From Takakia lepidozioides (lineage: Eukaryota > Plantae > Bryophyta): a stretch of DNA of 64,000 bases. A model generated the notes under the pieces. It was not told the origin of the DNA, did no database searches, and was given only the letters and a program-made list of their open reading frames with translations. The stretch is taken from assembly GCA_030704615.1 (NCBI GenBank), contig CM060731.1, forward strand, positions 54,746,001 to 54,810,000, given 5' to 3'. Below are positions 49,342-61,799 of this stretch, piece by piece; positions within the stretch are counted from its first letter, which is position 1, and each line of letters begins with the position of its first letter. Both the position numbers and the translations under genes were made by a program.

Positions 49342-52300
49342 TCAAGCAGTCCGACCAGTATCCTGCCGTAGGGCCTTGTGCAGCTCGTTGAAACTCAGTG
49401 TTGGAGCATGGATGAAGACGTCCACTGCGGATATGCAACTCATGCGCTTCATAAAAATGTAATAAAGGTGTTTGCAGGGGACGTATGCTGCATTCTTCGA
49501 TTCCATAACAAGGAAGTCCTCACAGTTGCAAGCTGGGTACTGTGAAACCGTGATTGCATACACGACACTGCGCGCAGCAGACCCGGCTGTTGACAACTGA
49601 AATATGCGCCCCATCCCGGGGTGAGGAACATCCCTGCAACCTTGCACTATGCAGGGCATTGCAAGAGCGTTGGCCATCCTGGTGTCGTTCGCCTTTGTTG
49701 GTGGCCGCCGTCTTTTTAGTTTACCCCACCGATGGGTGGGCCAAGCTGCGGGGTCACCCACCGGTATGCGGGGCGAAGAGCTTCTCATGGGAGGAGGATG
49801 ACGATTGGGAATTGGATTTCGTGGAACGTCTGTCCTCTCCACCAGTCGAAACCCTGCACTTCCTAGAGCGTCTGCCTCCTCCAGGGTAAGATCTGTACCA
49901 CTTGCCACAGGCCAGACTGCCGGTGGTTCAGGCATGCCTTGTACACCATACTTGGGCTTGCCGAACACACACGACATGATGTCGTGCCTGCAGAACCAAA
50001 ACTCCTTCAGTGTGGCCTCCACAAACTTTGCGCACACAAATCTCCCTGTGAAGCAAGGGGCAGGCACACCGCCCTGCGGGCTCCTCCGAATCATCTCATT
50101 GCATCTCTGGTTGGTGTCGACACGAACAGCACAACATTTGCCACGAAATGTCGGACGGGTCCATGCAATTCTCCACTGCGAGGCCGACACATCTTGCTCC
50201 ACGATTGGAATGTTGTATTGGGTAACGAAAACAGGAGCAACATGCCCATCCTCGGCATGTTGTCCCGAGTCTGGCAGCGATTCCATGGATGCTGCAGGAG
50301 AGGGGGTACGAGTCCTACTTCGTGGAGGCGTGGGACGCAACATCGTTGCGCCCCGAGGTTGAGTGCGGATGTTCATATCTGATCTCCATGAATCCCCATC
50401 CCCTCCGGGCATGTCCTCAATTCTTCTCTTCACCGGCCGGCTGCGGACATCGCCCTCCAGGCAGTTCCCCCGACTGTGTAACGGCGTTGACCTTATAGTT
50501 TCCCGCCATGCAGCAGTCCATTTTTTGGGATCGGTCGAACGATGCGCCGCCCTCATCAGCATCTCCTGCCTGTCTGGTCCAATACCCCATTGCTTTCCTC
50601 CCAGAAACTGGTAGTAATGAGATTGTTGCATGATGGCCCTCATAATATCTTCTGTTGTTGCTGTCAACATGTCAACGAGATGTGCTGCAGAGGAAGCACG
50701 CCAGGAAGAGTGCACCGATTCCGCCATGTTCGTCGTCGGCATATCCGTGTCATCCTCCAAGCTCATGTCCTGTTGAAGGAAATTAGATATGTCACTGATT
50801 GTGGAGAATGTCCAAGCACAAAACAGAACAATTGTCAAGTACAGAAATGTGTTACCTGTCTCATGTAGTCTCCAAACTGGCGGAATCTATAATGCCACCA
50901 CGCAAGCCACGTTTGCAGTTCTGGCTGATCTTTCACATCCACTGCCCCTGAAGACACCCACCAGGCGCGTATGGTTGCAAACTCGGTCTCCGCCTCGTCG
51001 ATGGAATTCGCATTTTTCCACGCTAGGCACATACTGATATGATCCTGCCGGTGGCGTGACGCCACGAACCTTTTCGTGTTTTGCATCAAACTCTGCATGA
51101 AGTGGAACCCGCAAGATCTCTCCTTTCCTTCCATTGGAGTCTTTGGGTTGTCCCCATATACCCTCCTAACTACAGCCCAGTTTGCCTGGGCATTGTCAGC
51201 CATGAAGCCCCTAAAATCGGGAGGGGGCAACTTGGCTCTCGCCATTTGCTCATTAATTCCGCGCCACATATGCAACTCCGAATCTGTGTCTTCTCCCTTC
51301 ATTTCGCAGATAGCAATGGTCATCAACTTTCTGCAATGTGGGTCGTATACATGTGCCCCCATTGTCACCCAATCGTGGTTGGTAATTCGTCGGATGTGGT
51401 CAAACATGACCCAACAATTTGAGAGGTCTCCACTGGTCATCCGCTTCACCAAATCGACGCCGCTCCCCGGTCCGCATGTTGACATCTTAAATATGAAGCA
51501 CCTGTCCGTCTCCGAGCCTTGACCAGGAAAGAAGCTGCCTTGAATGAAGTCGTAGCCGCATGTGCGCTTCACTTCCAAGATGGAGTGCATGTCTGATCCT
51601 CTTCCGATTCGTTTCTTGCAGCTGACAATGTGGTTCCTGACATTGGGGCTGCACACATGGGAGACAGCTTCCAGCAGGTCCTTCATGTCCCCCTCGCCCA
51701 GCTTCTCTCTTGTGCTTCCGTCCTCCGACATTATTCTGCCAATTGCAATCCTATGTGCCGATGCGAGCTATATCTGCTTTGGTTTTGCACCCGGCCTCAA
51801 CCTCACCTCCTCCTTGATAATATCCTGGGCTTGTTGAAAAGCGACTCTGCAATTGCCTCTGGCGAGGGGGTGCTCATGCTTTCCGATGTGAATGCATACT
51901 CTGGTGCACGCTGGGCCGACGGTCCCGACGTAGTACTGCTTGGCGTTGCACACTGCCATGCACGTAGGGGCTGCGTTGCAATGGGCACACTTGAACGTCC
52001 CTGCAGGAACTCTATCTTGAGGCCAAAATGGGGTCGACGAATTGCCAATCCAGTCAGTCTCATTCCTGGTGCCTTTGCTAGTGTAATAGTAACATGTGCT
52101 CGAGAAACATTTAAGATGCCCAGCACACAATACATATCTCACTCGAACTCCATCACCCAGGTTGGACGATGAAGTTTTGGTGACACTTCATTCCTGCGAG
52201 CATGCCGTCTGGGCCTGCGCCTGCCGGCACTGGAGGGAACTCGTAGATAGCATTCCCATCCACAACATCAGGCAAAGTTTCCACAGAATGGATTGGAGTT

Positions 52301-53022
52301 TTGTCGTAATCAAGCCTAAGAAGGTCACTGGAGCGGGAACCCGTTGTCTTCATCCTCCGCAATATGTCGATTACTGAGCGGACGGAAGTTGAGTCGGACG
52401 GTGTATGCTGAACACTCCTAGTGACGGACGACTTCGAAACATACGATGGAAGGACCATACAGTCTTCATCGTCACTGGATAAGTCCTGGACGACTGTTTC
52501 CCTGTTTTCCTGGATTTCCCTTTTCACATGTTTGGGCTTCTCTGCTTGTGAAGAGGTGCCCACATCCTTCACATCTTGCACGCCAGACCCTCTTGTGGAA
52601 GGAGGATCAACCAAGTTCCAGCGTGGGAACTCTTTAGGCACGATTTCACCAATGGCACTGTACCGGATGGATTCAGAAGCTGGGAGCCGCCACTCTTTGC
52701 CTTTTCCGAAATCTGCATGCAGAATGACGGCACTTTCCACAAAATTTCCATAAGCATCCTTCGTCTCCTCTTCCAAAAACACCGTTCCAGGGCGGAGCCC
52801 GAACTTCACACACAAGTACTGCTCAGTGACAATCGCAAACCCTTGGTCGCAGGGTATTTTAGCTTTCAGAGAATCAGGATGGAAGTACACGTTGACCCAA
52901 ACACGAGAGTCCATTTTGAAGACGGGACCTCTCGGTACGCTCCGCAGCGAAGTCCTGCAATGAGAAGAGTGTGTCCTACCTAATAACACAAATGATTTTC
53001 TGGAGGATTCCGTATCCAACAT
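49342..53022 (-). pseudogene. MULE-type transposase with GCM-like Zn DNA-binding domain, DDE core and C-terminal SWIM finger; one frameshift (~52185), one TAG (51770-51768), intron 50855-50770
   Basis: CAGHLKC..C..FKCAHC..C..C..CIHIGKHEHP (GCM-like); WVMFDH..FMADNAQAN..CGFHFMQSL (MULE DD plus CxxH); TTNMAESVH (catalytic E); CNCEDF..PCKHLYY (SWIM). Confidence 0.8.
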
Positions 53023-53159
53023 GATGGGTGATCAGTGCACGTAAAGATGAAGGTGTGTAACGTACGTTAAAAAAACGGACGAAAACAGCAAGTTCACATC
53101 GGATATTTGGTGCCTGAATTGTAATGTACAACCACTTGGGGTACAATAAATCAGGCCTT

Positions 53160-53790
53160 CCCATGAATTTCGGCACCGAAATCTGGATGAACATCTCTGT
53201 CATGTAACAGCTTTGGAAGCCAAGGGATGAATTCTGGCAACAGAAATCGTAATTTGTTTACCTCATTAAACTGACCAAGCACCCAACGGATGGATTTCGG
53301 TGCCGAAATTCGGATGAACTTCTTCTTCATTAAATTGTATCTGCACATATGGGTTGAATTTAGATGCCAAAATACGGATGAATGTGTTCCTGATTACAGT
53401 CGTGATTCACCACGTGTCCGGATATCGGTGCCGACTTCCGAATGACAGTAATCCTGATTCGGCATAATGGATGTATTTCGGCGCCGAAATTCATTCTTCA
53501 TCTCCTTTTCCGACCCTAATTCTGCTGCCCTGCGGATGGATTTCGGTGCCAGAATTCATCGGAAGTCCTTTCTGTTTTTATTTTTCTTTGCGACAGATGA
53601 ACTTTGGCGCCGAATCTCATCCAAGTACTCCCTTTTAATTTTCCTTTTTCTTCGAGAGCAATGAATTTCGGCGCCGAAATTCAACCAAAATCCTCCCGAT
53701 TTTTTTTTTCCTTCGCGAGCATTGAATTTCGGCGCCGAAATTCATTCCAAGTCCAGGAGATATTTTTTATTTTCCTTCGCGAGCAATGAA
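53160..53790. repeat. Tandem ~62-bp repeats built on the palindrome TGAATTTCGGCGCCGAAATTCA
   Basis: Perfect 22-bp palindromes at ~53662 and ~53723; degenerate copies at ~53164, 53292, 53474, 53538 and 53600. Confidence 0.8.
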
Positions 53791-53794
53791 TTCC

Positions 53795-56472
53795 CTGCCT
53801 ACCGAGACGGTACAGGCAGCGAGTAGGGGCGAACAGGTGAGGACCACGAGGTGCAGGCCGCATCCATGGCACACGTGGGAGGTGCTCAAGGTTCAAAAAG
53901 AGTTGGCAGCCAAGGCGGCCGTGATGGATGAGGTTGGGGATTTTTCTCGGGTTGAGGAGGTCCTCAAGGATGGGATGATGGGGCAGACAGAGGAGGCAGT
54001 GGTCACTGCTCAAGAGGTTGCAGCATAGCAACCACGGGACGCGTCTTCTACCTCTAAGCCTGCTGGACTCAAGGTTGCAGTCACGGAGGACAACTGAGAG
54101 TCTGATGTTGGACCTATAGTCACCGGAGGAGAAAGACGACGTATACGTCGGTTCTTGAGGGCTTACAGAAACTACTTTGCCTTCAGTTTGAAGGACTTAT
54201 GAGCACTAAAGGGTCAAGAGATTCGCATTGAATTGGCTACTGACACGCCAATCTTTCAGAGACCCTATAGATACAGTGACATGGAGAGGTCCTATTCAGA
54301 TGAGAACTCAGGATCTTTGGGAGGCTGGTTTGGTGGAGCTATCTGGGGGAGAGTATGCTTCAGCCACAGTGATGCTAGCCAAGAAGGATGTCTATGGCAA
54401 TTGGACGGAGAGACGTATGTGCGGTGATTACCGGCCTGTAAATCGTAAGACCAAGTCCGATAGGTATGCCATGCCGACACCAGAGGAGATCTTTGATGCC
54501 ATTGGGCATGCCAAGGTCTTTAGCACTTTGGATTTACGATCCGGATATCACCAGTTGCCGATCAAGGAGGCGGATAAGCAGAAGACAACATTATGGGGGA
54601 TCAATGAGCACGGGAAGGATTGCCTATACCAGTGGCGGTTCTTATCATTTGGGCTTAAGAACGCTCCGGCAAAGTTTCAGAGAGTCATGGACAGGATTCT
54701 AGCAGGGGTGGAGTTTGCTCGGTGCTACATAGATGACATCATCATCTTTAGTGCTACGGTGGAGGAGCATGAGAGACACCTTCAGGTGATATTTGAGCGC
54801 TTGAGGGCGCACGGATTGAAGTTACATCTGGGGAAGTGCAGTTTTTCCACAACCAAATTGAGTATCTGGGTCACATGATATATCCTGGAGGATTGGGGGT
54901 ACAGCAGACTAAGGTAGAGTCCATTGCACAGATTCCACGCACCATGGATGTGAGCCGAGTTCGAGCTTTCATGGGGTTAGCAAACTATTACAGACGGTTT
55001 GTTAAGGGATTTAGTGCCATTGCAAAGGCTCTAACCAAACTGACCAAGGTGGACCAGGAGTGGCAATGGGAAGATGAGCAAGAACAAGCTTTTCAAGAGC
55101 TCAAAGTGAGGTTGATCTCGGCGCCCATCTTGAGACGACCTATCAGGGGGCGTCCTTTTCAGCTGCATACAGATTGGAGCATGTTGGGGCTTGGAGCGGT
55201 GCTCACACAGGTGGATGATGAGGGAAGAGAGGTCGTAGTGGCTTATGCTAGCCACTCGAACAACGCTGCAGAGTCTAAGTATAGCTCATATGAGGGAGAG
55301 TGCTTAGCTGCAGTGTGGGCCGTGGCACACTTCAGGTGCTATCTATACGGCAATCTCTTCACCCTTGTCATGGATCACCAACCACTCAAGTGGTTGATGA
55401 AGTCAGACAAATTTACGGGGAAACTTGCACGGTGGGCATCATCCTTCAAGAGTATGACTTTCAGGTTGTGCATCGATCGGGTTTGGTCAATCGGGATGCA
55501 GATGGGTTGAATCGCAATCCATGCAAGAGCCAGCAGGATGATACTGGAGCTCGGTGGCATGGTGAGACGGACGAGGAGATGGTGCCCGGATGGCATGCAT
55601 CTGCATTTCTGTGTATCTTGGCAGCGGAAGGCCAGGTTGGACCTACAACAGGGATGACTGTAGACTGAGTGTTTAAGGACCCTGAGGCCAGCAATGAGCA
55701 AGGTGGCGCCAAAGATATACATGAGGATTCAGCTGTGTTGGACTACCTCCGCACTGGAGACACAGCAGCCACTGTGACTGCTAAGAAGAGGGATCGGATC
55801 CTACAACGAGCCAAGAGGTTCAAGTGGGAGGGGACACACCTGCTCCGAGTGTGGGAGGATGGTCGAGTGAGGATTGTGCATCACCCAACACAGCGGGCAC
55901 GGTTAGTGCGGCATGCCCATGAGGAGTTGGGGCATTTTGGGTTGCGACGCACTCATAGTCTACTGCAGGGGCAGTATTGGTGGCGTGGTATGCACACAGA
56001 GGTGCAACAATTTGTGGCTAGGTGCATGGTGTGTGACAGGTGCGTGCTTCATTCAACGCCTCTACTCCACAATTGTACCCTCTTCCGATCATGGGATTGG
56101 GCTACGGGTGGAGTCTTGACTTCGCAGGGCCGTTGCCACTGACCATGCGCCACAACAAGTATGTGTTGGTGATGGTGGAGCACTTCTCCAAGTTGATCGA
56201 GTTGGTTCCATTGCCTGATAAGGCTAGTGAGGGAGCTGCGTATGCATTCTTGGATTGTGTACTTAGCCGATTCGGTGCTCCAGTTGAGGTACTCACGGAC
56301 CAAGGGAGAGAGTTCTTGGGAGAGTTTCAGGCGTTGTGTGACAAGGCCTTGGTAGACCACCGCACCAATCTCCGGATCATCCTGAGGCCGATGGCTTGGC
56401 AGAGAGGGTTGTTCAGACAGTGAAGAGGGGTTTGCGCAAGTATGGCTTGCAGAAGGGACACCTTGGAGATTG
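53795..56472 (+). mobile_element. Second copy (fragment) of the same Gypsy family: linker - RT - RNase H - integrase core; no LTR, gag or DNMT
   Basis: Colinear and highly similar to ~40075-42602. RMCGDYRPVN, LDLRSGYHQ, FGLKNAP, YIDD, TDWSMLGLGAVL, LDFAGPLP, TDQGREF. Frameshifted. Confidence 0.92.
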
Positions 56473-56475
56473 CTA

Positions 56476-58234
56476 ATGAGATAGACCCATCTGAGTACCT
56501 GAACGTGAGGAAACTTGAACAATACGTGCAGATCTGTTGGGGGCCAGACCACAACCCCTTACAAAAATTCAGAGCTCAAGAGGCAACCATACCTTGATCA
56601 TACTAGTTTTAAGAAATGTTTCAAGCCATAGCACACCACAATTGGAGCAATTGCCAAGGAGTTAGGCCCATCTGAGTATTTAAACGTCCGAAAACTTGAA
56701 CAACAAGTGCAGATTTGTTGGGGACCAGACCACAACCCCTTAATAAGATCTAGAGCTTGGGAGGCAACCATACCTTGATCACACTAGTTGTTAGAAATGT
56801 TTCAAGCCATAGCACATCTCGCAAGGAGATAGGCCCATCTGAGTACCTGAACGTCCGAAAACTTGAACTACAAGTGCAGATATGTTGGGGGCCAGACCAA
56901 AACCCCTTAAGAAAATTGAGAGCTCAGTAGGAAATCATACCTTGATCACATTAGTTGTTAGAAATGTTTCAAGCCATAGTACACCACAACTGGAGCAATG
57001 GGCAAGGAGATAGACCCATCTGAGTACCTGAACATCCGGAAACTTGAACTACAAGTGCAGATCTGTTGGGGGCCAGACCAAAACCCCTCAAGAAAATTCA
57101 GATCTCAGGAGGCCACCATACCTTGATCACACTAGTTGTTAGAAATGTTTCAAGCTGTAGCACACCACACTTGGAGCAATGGACAAGGAGATAGGCCCAT
57201 CTGAGTACCTGAACGTCCGGAAACTTGAATAACAAGTTTAAATTTGTTGGGGGCCAGACCACAACCCCTTAATAAGATTTAGAACTCTAGAGGCCACCAT
57301 ACCTTGATCACACTAGTTGTTAGAAATGTTTCAAGCCATAGTACACCACAACTGGAGCAATGGGCAAGGAGATAGACCCATCTGAGTACCTGAACATCCG
57401 GAAACTTGAACTACAAGTGCAGATCTGTTGGGGGCCAGACCAAAACCCCTCAAGAAAATTCAGATCTCAGGAGGCCACCACACCTTGATCACACTAGTTG
57501 TTAGAAATGTTTCAAGCTGTAGCACACCACACTTGGAGCAATGGACAAGGAGATAGGCCCATCTGAGTACCTGAACGTCCGGAAACTTGAATAACAAGTT
57601 TAAATTTGTTGGGGGCCAGACCACAACCCCTTAATAAGATTTAGAACTCTAGAGGCCACCATACCTTGATCACACTAGTTGTTAGAAATGTTTCAAGCCA
57701 TAGCACACCACAATTGGAGCAATTGGCAAGAAGAGATGTCCATTTGAGTACCTGAACATTCGGAAACTTGAACAACAAGTGCAGATCTGTTGGGGGGCAG
57801 ACCAAAACCCCTTAAGAAAATTCAGAGCTCAAGAGGCTACCATACCTTGATCACTAGTTGTTAGAAATGTTTCAAGTCATAGCACACCACAATTGGAGCA
57901 ATGGACAAGGAGATAGGCCCATCTGAGTACTTGAATGTCCAAACTTGAAGAACAAGTGCAGATTTGTTGGGGGCCAGACCACAACCCCTTAATAAGATTT
58001 AGAGCTCTAGAGACCACCATACTAGAAATGTTTCAAGCCATAGCACACCACAATTGGAGCAATTGGCAAGAAGAAATGCCCATTTGAGTACGTGAACGTC
58101 CGGAAACTTGAACAACAAGTGCAGATCTGCTGGGGGCGAGACCACAACCCCTTAAGAAATTCCAAAGCTCTGAAGGCCACCATATATTGATCACACCAGT
58201 TGTTAGAAATGTGCCAAGCCATAGCACACCACAA
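56476..58234. repeat. Tandem satellite, ~181-bp monomer, ~10 copies
   Basis: The unit gagatag.cccatctgagtacctgaac..gggggccagaccacaacccc..ccttgatcacactagttgttagaaatgtttcaagccatagcacaccac recurs at ~56478, 56659, 56827, 57007, 57188, 57369, 57550, 57733, 57910 and 58072. Confidence 0.93.
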
Positions 58235-59099
58235 ATGGATCGTTCAACACACAACCCCGCAATTCTAAATCCATTTTGAATTATTTTGAACTTTTATTGG
58301 ATAGTACACTTTTGGTTACCCCAGTGGTTTGGGGCTCAAATCCTGCTACGTCCTTTTTATATGTGGTACAGTATGTGAATTTTATTTTATTGTAATGAGT
58401 ACAATGTTACCTTTTATGTGAAGTGGTAGTAGAAATCGATAAAGACAGGCCAAAATGAACTAATTAATATGACCAAATTTAAATTATGTAATGCATGTTT
58501 GGCCATATCCGGGTCTATGAAACATGTTTGACGTAGTTTTTGGGGGGATAGCTTCAGGGCTTACAATGCTACCCACCTACACCTCATTTTTGGGCTCTTG
58601 CAAAAAGTCTATAGATTTTTCCAAAGTATATCATCAAATTCTTTAATTCTCCAACCACCATGATCCCACCAGATGCCTGTCACATCCGGTTGTTCATGAC
58701 CCAATTCCCCAGTATGGTCGCCAAATGTCGAGCGGCTTTTACTCACCCATCCCTTCGCTATCCAAGGTGGGAACTCCAAGATAGAAGAGATTAAATTTAA
58801 AAAAAAAAAAAAACACCTAGGAGCTACAGCTCACAAACTCACAAATCAGGCTTATTTACTAGATGTGACATATAAAAATTTGAATGAAATGTAAACAACT
58901 ATTGTCAAGCCTTGTAGTGAGTTTAATTATTTGAAAATTTTATATTTTTGGAACTGGCTTAATTTATTTTCATTCTAAAATTCATCGTTGAAGTTTGGAC
59001 ATTGGAGAAAATGCAAATTTTGATGGTCTATGGGCACCCTCTACCTTATCAAATCAGCCCATACCTAGATCATTAGATGGTGCCACGGCTCTAAGTGGA

Positions 59100-60254
59100 G
59101 AAGAGCTAGCTATGTTGGCTACCATATTTCAAGCTAGTTTCGTATGACTAAACATTGTTCCAGTTGAGGAAAGTGCTTCAGAGAATGAATACTGTGATTC
59201 AGATTCAGAATAAAGTTGATTGTTTCGAACCATCTGTTCAATAGCATCATCTTACAATTGTATGTTTTTTAAAGTCTGCCACACGTGCACAAACCACTTA
59301 AACATTTTCATATATCACCACAAGAGTGGTACCAGTCACTAAGGTGTCTTTAACCACTCACAATCTACCACCGTCCAAGTGATATCAATCACTGCGGTGT
59401 CTTTAACCACTCACTATCTATCACTATCCAAGTGGTACTAATCACTGAGATGTCTTTAACCACATAACATTCTAGAACTAACATGAAAGACTGAAGACCT
59501 GGCTATGTTGGCTACCTGCATTCAAACGACATTTGTACAACCAACCGCTATTCCAGCTGAGGAAAGTGATTCAGAGGGTGACGAATATGTTTCGGATTCA
59601 GAATAAAGTTTATTGTTGGAACCATTTGTTCAATAGCATCATCCTACAATGATCTAGACACTTTCTGTTTTTCAAAGTCTGTCACATGTGCACAAACCAC
59701 TTACAGTTTTTCATGTATCACCACAAAAGTGGTACCAATCATTGTTGTGTAGGCAACCACTCATGAGCGACCACTAGAATAGTGGTTCCAATTACTATAG
59801 TGTCTATTTATTATTTATTATTTGGTAATATATTTTAGTTAATAAATATAATATTCCACGTGGACGGGTGTAGTGGTATATATTGTGAGTGGTTATAGAC
59901 ACCTCATTGATGGGAAGTGGTTGAAACCACTTGCTACTCTACGTGTAATAATTCAAATTTTATTTATGATTTATGATTTGGAAATCGATTTTAATTAATT
60001 AATATAATATTCCACGTGGACGGGGATTGTGTACGTTGATCTTGAGTGGTTAAAGACACCTCATTGATTTGTACCACTTTGACAGTGGTAGAGAGTGGGT
60101 GGAGTGGTTGAAACCACTTCCAACTATTGTCTATGATGTCACCATGGCATTTCATTGGGATTAATCACTAGCAAGTGGTTACTAGTGGTTTATAGAGTGG
60201 AAAAGACAGTAGTGGTTAAAGGGCTAGTGGTTATTCCGCGTTTTCCTTTTAATG
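59100..60254. repeat. AT-rich region with a ~250-bp direct duplication (59109-59345 vs 59503-59745) and many ACCACT/AGTGGT motifs; possible decayed CACTA-type end
   Basis: gctatgttggctacc..gattcagaataaagtt..gtgcacaaaccactta..gtggtacca is present twice. The region ends in ttttccttttaatg, whose reverse complement CATTAAAAGGAAAA resembles CACTA TIRs. Confidence 0.4.
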
Positions 60255-60805
60255 CCAGGCTCTGCCCGGACATCCTCTTAGTTCAGGGACTTCCCACCAC
60301 ACCCTCTACTCATACCCCATCACTAATCATACACTTCATCGAATTTACGTACCGCCACGACTGCTTCCCGCACACCTCCATCCTCGAAAAGAGCCAGAAA
60401 TACGCTCCGCTTATCCTTGCTATTCGCCGACGAGGGTGGGCCATGGGCCCACTTTTCGTCATCTCCGCAGGCACCAGAGGAGGCATATACAACGACAGTA
60501 TCTCAACACTTCAAGATAATTTCAAAATCCCCACCACCTCCATCCATACCTGCTTTAAAGACATCCACCTTACGACACTTCGCTCTCTCATAGCCATCAT
60601 AACCAATAAGCGGAAACTCGAATCCACCCCATCTCTTGTACCCCAGGGAACCCCTGGGTATCCTCGGGTACCCTAGGTACCTAGAGGTACCTCATATCCC
60701 CGGTTACTTGGTGTCCCCTGGACACATGTCATATTTATATAGGGCCCACCCTCGAAAGGGGGCAGTAGAAGTGGCTCTTAATTACGCCGGCCTCGGCCGG
60801 AGTCT

Positions 60806-60832
<27 letters not shown>
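60255..60832 (+). mobile_element. 5'-truncated non-LTR retrotransposon 3' end encoding a restriction-like endonuclease (RLE) domain, ending in (CT)n
   Basis: RLCPDILLVQG..IHFIEFTY..EKSQKYAPL..RRRGW..FVISAGTRGGI is a PD-(D/E)xK RLE pattern. Stop at 60676. Microsatellite at ~60806-60831. Confidence 0.6.
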
Positions 60833-60836
<4 letters not shown>

Positions 60837-61799
60837 CCCATATGCATGGGGCTTGGAAATTTATGACTACATGGAACCATGGCTGTGTATTATTAGTGCC
60901 AGGTGGTTTCATGTCCCTATCGTCCCTAAGTGAATCACCCCCACGTTTAACGAGGCACTAGTGGTCTAAAACAAATATTCCTTAAGGGACAGGTAAGAGC
61001 CATGTCTCCCAATGGCCCTACTGTGGCCGAAATCTAGTACCCACGGTACTCTTTGGCGATGTCCAAGATGCGTCTGCGCATTAACCTGCAGACCACAATG
61101 GCATGTTCTATCCGTACTTCGCCGGATCGGGTGCCTGAAATGACACCCCCACCAAATCGCCTCTCGCAACGGGGCACAAAAAAAAATGTCCATTCACAAG
61201 AGGCGTAGTTTTTTCCTCGTAGCCTTGCATAACACCATTGCATTTCATCCAGGAGTAAAACTTTTTCATCCAAAAATAGGTAATTTTTTATAATTTCATC
61301 CCAAAACTGAATTAATTGTCATATGGTATGTCACATGCCCACATGGCTTAAGGGGGCAGATGGGATGGTCTCCATGGAACTACCCCCTAGCGTTTTCAAG
61401 GGGATTCCTTCTTGGGGGCGGTTGCTTGAGGGCATTTGGGAGTGCCCATGGAACCTGACACTTTATGCCAAAATATGCTATATACCCCCTGTGAATGTGT
61501 CATTCACCCAAGGGTACTAACTACATAGCGTCCATAGTTTTTAATTTTTTTTATATTTACCCTACCCTGAAGGTATATCTCAGTGTTGTGCGGGTATATT
61601 GATTTCAATATACCCTTAGGGTATATGTAAATTCTTTTTGTCAAATCATTTACCCTCTGGGTATGGATAAATTGAAATTTCAAAAAATTATTTACCCTCC
61701 GGGTATGGGTTTTTTTTTTTTTTAAATATTGCATTTATTCCAGAATTGAGGGGAAAAAAATAAAACCCATTTTGCACCATGAGGGCTATACACTGTAGT

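Larger units (their letters stand above)
47483..53790 (-). mobile_element. Mutator-like (MULE) DNA transposon with repeat-rich subterminal regions; right end truncated by a Gypsy fragment
   Basis: Transposase 53022-49342 (-), convergent ORF 48286-48885 (+), and GGCGCCGAAA-based repeat arrays on both sides (47810-48240 and 53160-53790). Outer boundaries approximate. Confidence 0.72.

Noticed and set aside
56476-58234. CRISPR-like array
   Set aside because: Whole 181-bp units repeat with no unique spacers, the context is eukaryotic and there are no cas genes.
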